In this document: one piece after another, positions 62,418 through 64,000 of the stretch
Position numbering within the stretch: position 1 is the stretch's first letter
Layout of the letters: every line of letters begins with the position of its first letter
Assembly (NCBI GenBank): GCA_029263075.1
Contig: JAJCYE010000108.1
Coordinates: 7,675 to 71,674 of the forward strand
DNA: 64,000 nucleotides
Direction: 5' to 3'
From: Actinomycetes bacterium
GTDB taxonomy: Bacteria; Actinomycetota; CADDZG01; JAHWKV01
Notes under the pieces: generated by a model
Database searches by the model: none
Told to the model about the DNA's origin: nothing
What the model saw: only the letters and a program-made list of their open reading frames with translations
Translations under genes and position numbers: made by a program

Positions 62418-63197
62418 GAAACGCCCCCTGTTCCAATTATTGGTTGCCTACCTATCGGCAGGAAAGGCCATACCTAAAGGGTGCGCCCAAACTTTGGTAA
62501 GAAACAGTGCCGAATGGCAGGTGAAATGTGGTCCATTCGGACCTATGGGCGGAGCGGGCCCGACCTACTCTCAGAAATTCGTGTCTGCAGTGTCTCAATG
62601 TCCAAAACCTGTTCGTTCCGAACAGGCGCTCTTAGACCGCGTCTCAAAAGCCCTTCGTTTTTGCAATTTGTCCTTATTCGTTGAGGGCTGAAACCCAGCA
62701 CCGAACGACCGAGCTAGTCGCTTGCCAACCTTTCCCGGGGGCTTGAGTAGGATCGCTAGGAATCGACAGTGTGTCTGGGTCAATCTCCTCCTGGGCCTTA
62801 CTTAAACGGTCATAAGCCAGATAAGCGGTACCGCCGACTGCGATAACGCCGACCACCACCCAAGCTGCTGGAGTCAGCGTTCACGGAGCAATTATTGCCG
62901 CTGGGACCATTCCTGTTAGATCGGAGCAATTAACGGGGTCACCGAAGCTGGTCATAGCTGTTGGCTGAGCCGCCGGGAACGGGATCGACTTGCAGGAACC
63001 GGCCCATTGTGGGGTCGTACTATCCGTGACTTATGGACCATGTGGCCCGTGCGAGAATGGGTTTCACCAGAATGAGCATGCTTCGGCCGCCATGAGGCAA
63101 CCGATAATCCAGCAACCCCGCTCGCCGAAACATGCTGCAAATTCTAGGCGGTTGCCCACCGGATTTGAAGGGCCAATCTACGTGCGATAGTTGGGCG

Positions 63198-63482
63198 ATG
63201 AACAACGAAATCGAGGTCGTTCACAACCCGGCCGCCGGACGCTATCAAGCGGTGGTGGACGGGCTGACCGCCGAGCTCACCTACCGCCTGCAGGGGGACC
63301 GGATGCTCGCAACCCACACCGGCGTGCCTCCGGCCATCGAGGGGCGGGGCATCGGTTCCGCACTGGTCCGGGCGGCGGTGCAGGATGCCATGGCCCGGGA
63401 CCTGACCATCGTGCCGTTGTGCTCGTTCGTTGCCGGCTGGCTTGACCGGCACCCCGAGGTGCAGGTGAAGAGGGAACGATAG
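63198..63482 (+). CDS. GNAT-fold N-acetyltransferase (small YjdJ/Acetyltransf_CG type)
   Basis: 94 aa from the internal ATG. EIEVVHNPAAGRYQ...GRGIGSALVRAAV is typical of this GNAT subfamily. Confidence 0.55.
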   Translation: MNNEIEVVHNPAAGRYQAVVDGLTAELTYRLQGDRMLATHTGVPPAIEGRGIGSALVRAAVQDAMARDLTIVPLCSFVAGWLDRHPEVQVKRER

Positions 63483-63484
63483 CG

Positions 63485-63901
63485 GTGGCCGACGGTGACC
63501 TGGTTCTTCGCCCGATCGGACAAGTCGAGTCGACCCTGGTCGACCCGGCAGATGCACCCAAGCAGGGCGATGAGGGAGCGCCGGACGCCTCGATCGTATT
63601 CGACCAGGAGTTCGGCCAGGGTCTCCGCAACCTGAAGCCGGGCGACGACGTGGTGGTGCTCACCTGGCTCGACCGAGCCGCCCGGGACGTGCTGGTGGTG
63701 AGGCCCCGCAGCGACCCGGCGCGGGCGGAGCAGGGCGTGTTCAGCACCCGGTCCCCGGCTCGCCCGAACCCCATCGGGCTGCACCGGGTGAAGATCCTGG
63801 CACTCGACGGGCTGCGGATGAGGGTCGGCAGCCTGGAGGCCGTGGACGGCACCCCGGTGTTGGACATCAAGCCGGTGCTGCGGGGGGTCGACGAACGCTG
63901 A
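63485..63901 (+). CDS. trmO: tRNA (t6A37) methyltransferase TrmO/TsaA (YaeB family)
   Basis: RSPARPNPIGLHRV...VLDIKPV motif. GTG start. Confidence 0.8.
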   Translation: MADGDLVLRPIGQVESTLVDPADAPKQGDEGAPDASIVFDQEFGQGLRNLKPGDDVVVLTWLDRAARDVLVVRPRSDPARAEQGVFSTRSPARPNPIGLHRVKILALDGLRMRVGSLEAVDGTPVLDIKPVLRGVDER

Positions 63902-64000
63902 ACGATGCGGACGCGATAGTCGTCGGCGCCGGCCACAACGGGCTGGTTGCCGCCTGCTACCTGGCCCGGGCGGGCCTGTCGGTCCGGGTCCTGGAGCGCC
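63898..64000 (+). CDS. FAD-dependent oxidoreductase (phytoene-desaturase-like), 5' fragment running off the window; start codon uncertain
   Basis: N-terminal dinucleotide-binding motif VVGAGHNGLVAACYLARAGLSVRVLE. Confidence 0.45.
   Translation, partial: MNDADAIVVGAGHNGLVAACYLARAGLSVRVLER

Noticed and set aside
61975-62691. 238-aa plus-strand ORF overlapping the 5' end of the giant minus-strand gene
   Set aside because: Antisense to the signal-peptide region of a strongly supported gene, with no motifs.

Overview
This is a high-GC (about 68-70%) Actinomycetota-like chromosomal window, densely coding with frequent 4-bp start/stop overlaps. Contents in order: hspR (5' partial) and clpB heat-shock genes; an orphan GroES-family gene; an ECF sigma/anti-sigma pair followed by an ABC-2 exporter; ilvA, ndh (NDH-2), a DUF255 thioredoxin-domain protein, an RDD protein and nfo. 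Next comes an almost complete de novo purine regulon (purA-purD, purE, purB-purC-purS-purQ-purL, purF-purM), interrupted by an AbrB-type antitoxin-like gene with a decayed toxin remnant. Then a solo 833-aa HerA/FtsK-superfamily ATPase, an araC-VOC-uvrA2 module, tRNA-Phe(GAA), a DUF4032 kinase-like protein, and a sugar ABC transporter with a GH13 alpha-glucosidase. The most unusual locus is a six-gene, translationally coupled minus-strand operon (39.6-45.0 kb). It encodes a NarI-like dihaem membrane protein with a C-terminal zinc ribbon, a cytoplasmic Nas-type molybdopterin subunit, a 4Fe-4S subunit, a Tat-exported high-potential Rieske protein, a small TM protein and an HPP-family (nitrite-transporter family) protein. 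I do not recognise this subunit combination as a described bacterial system; the closest analogy is the archaeal Rieske/cyt-b nitrate reductase. Further on lie putA, a cytochrome P450 whose 3' end is tandemly duplicated, yihY, and a lower-GC island of about 7.7 kb (55.45-63.2 kb). Two multiply frameshifted genes sit at the island edge. Inside it, an operon of lipoprotein, secreted and membrane proteins ends in a 1614-aa secreted FN3-array protein with a C-terminal SGNH hydrolase. The window ends with a GNAT gene, trmO and a partial FAD oxidoreductase. No CRISPR arrays, rRNA, integrases or transposases were seen. Functional calls rest on motifs read directly from the ORF translations; no database searches were run.
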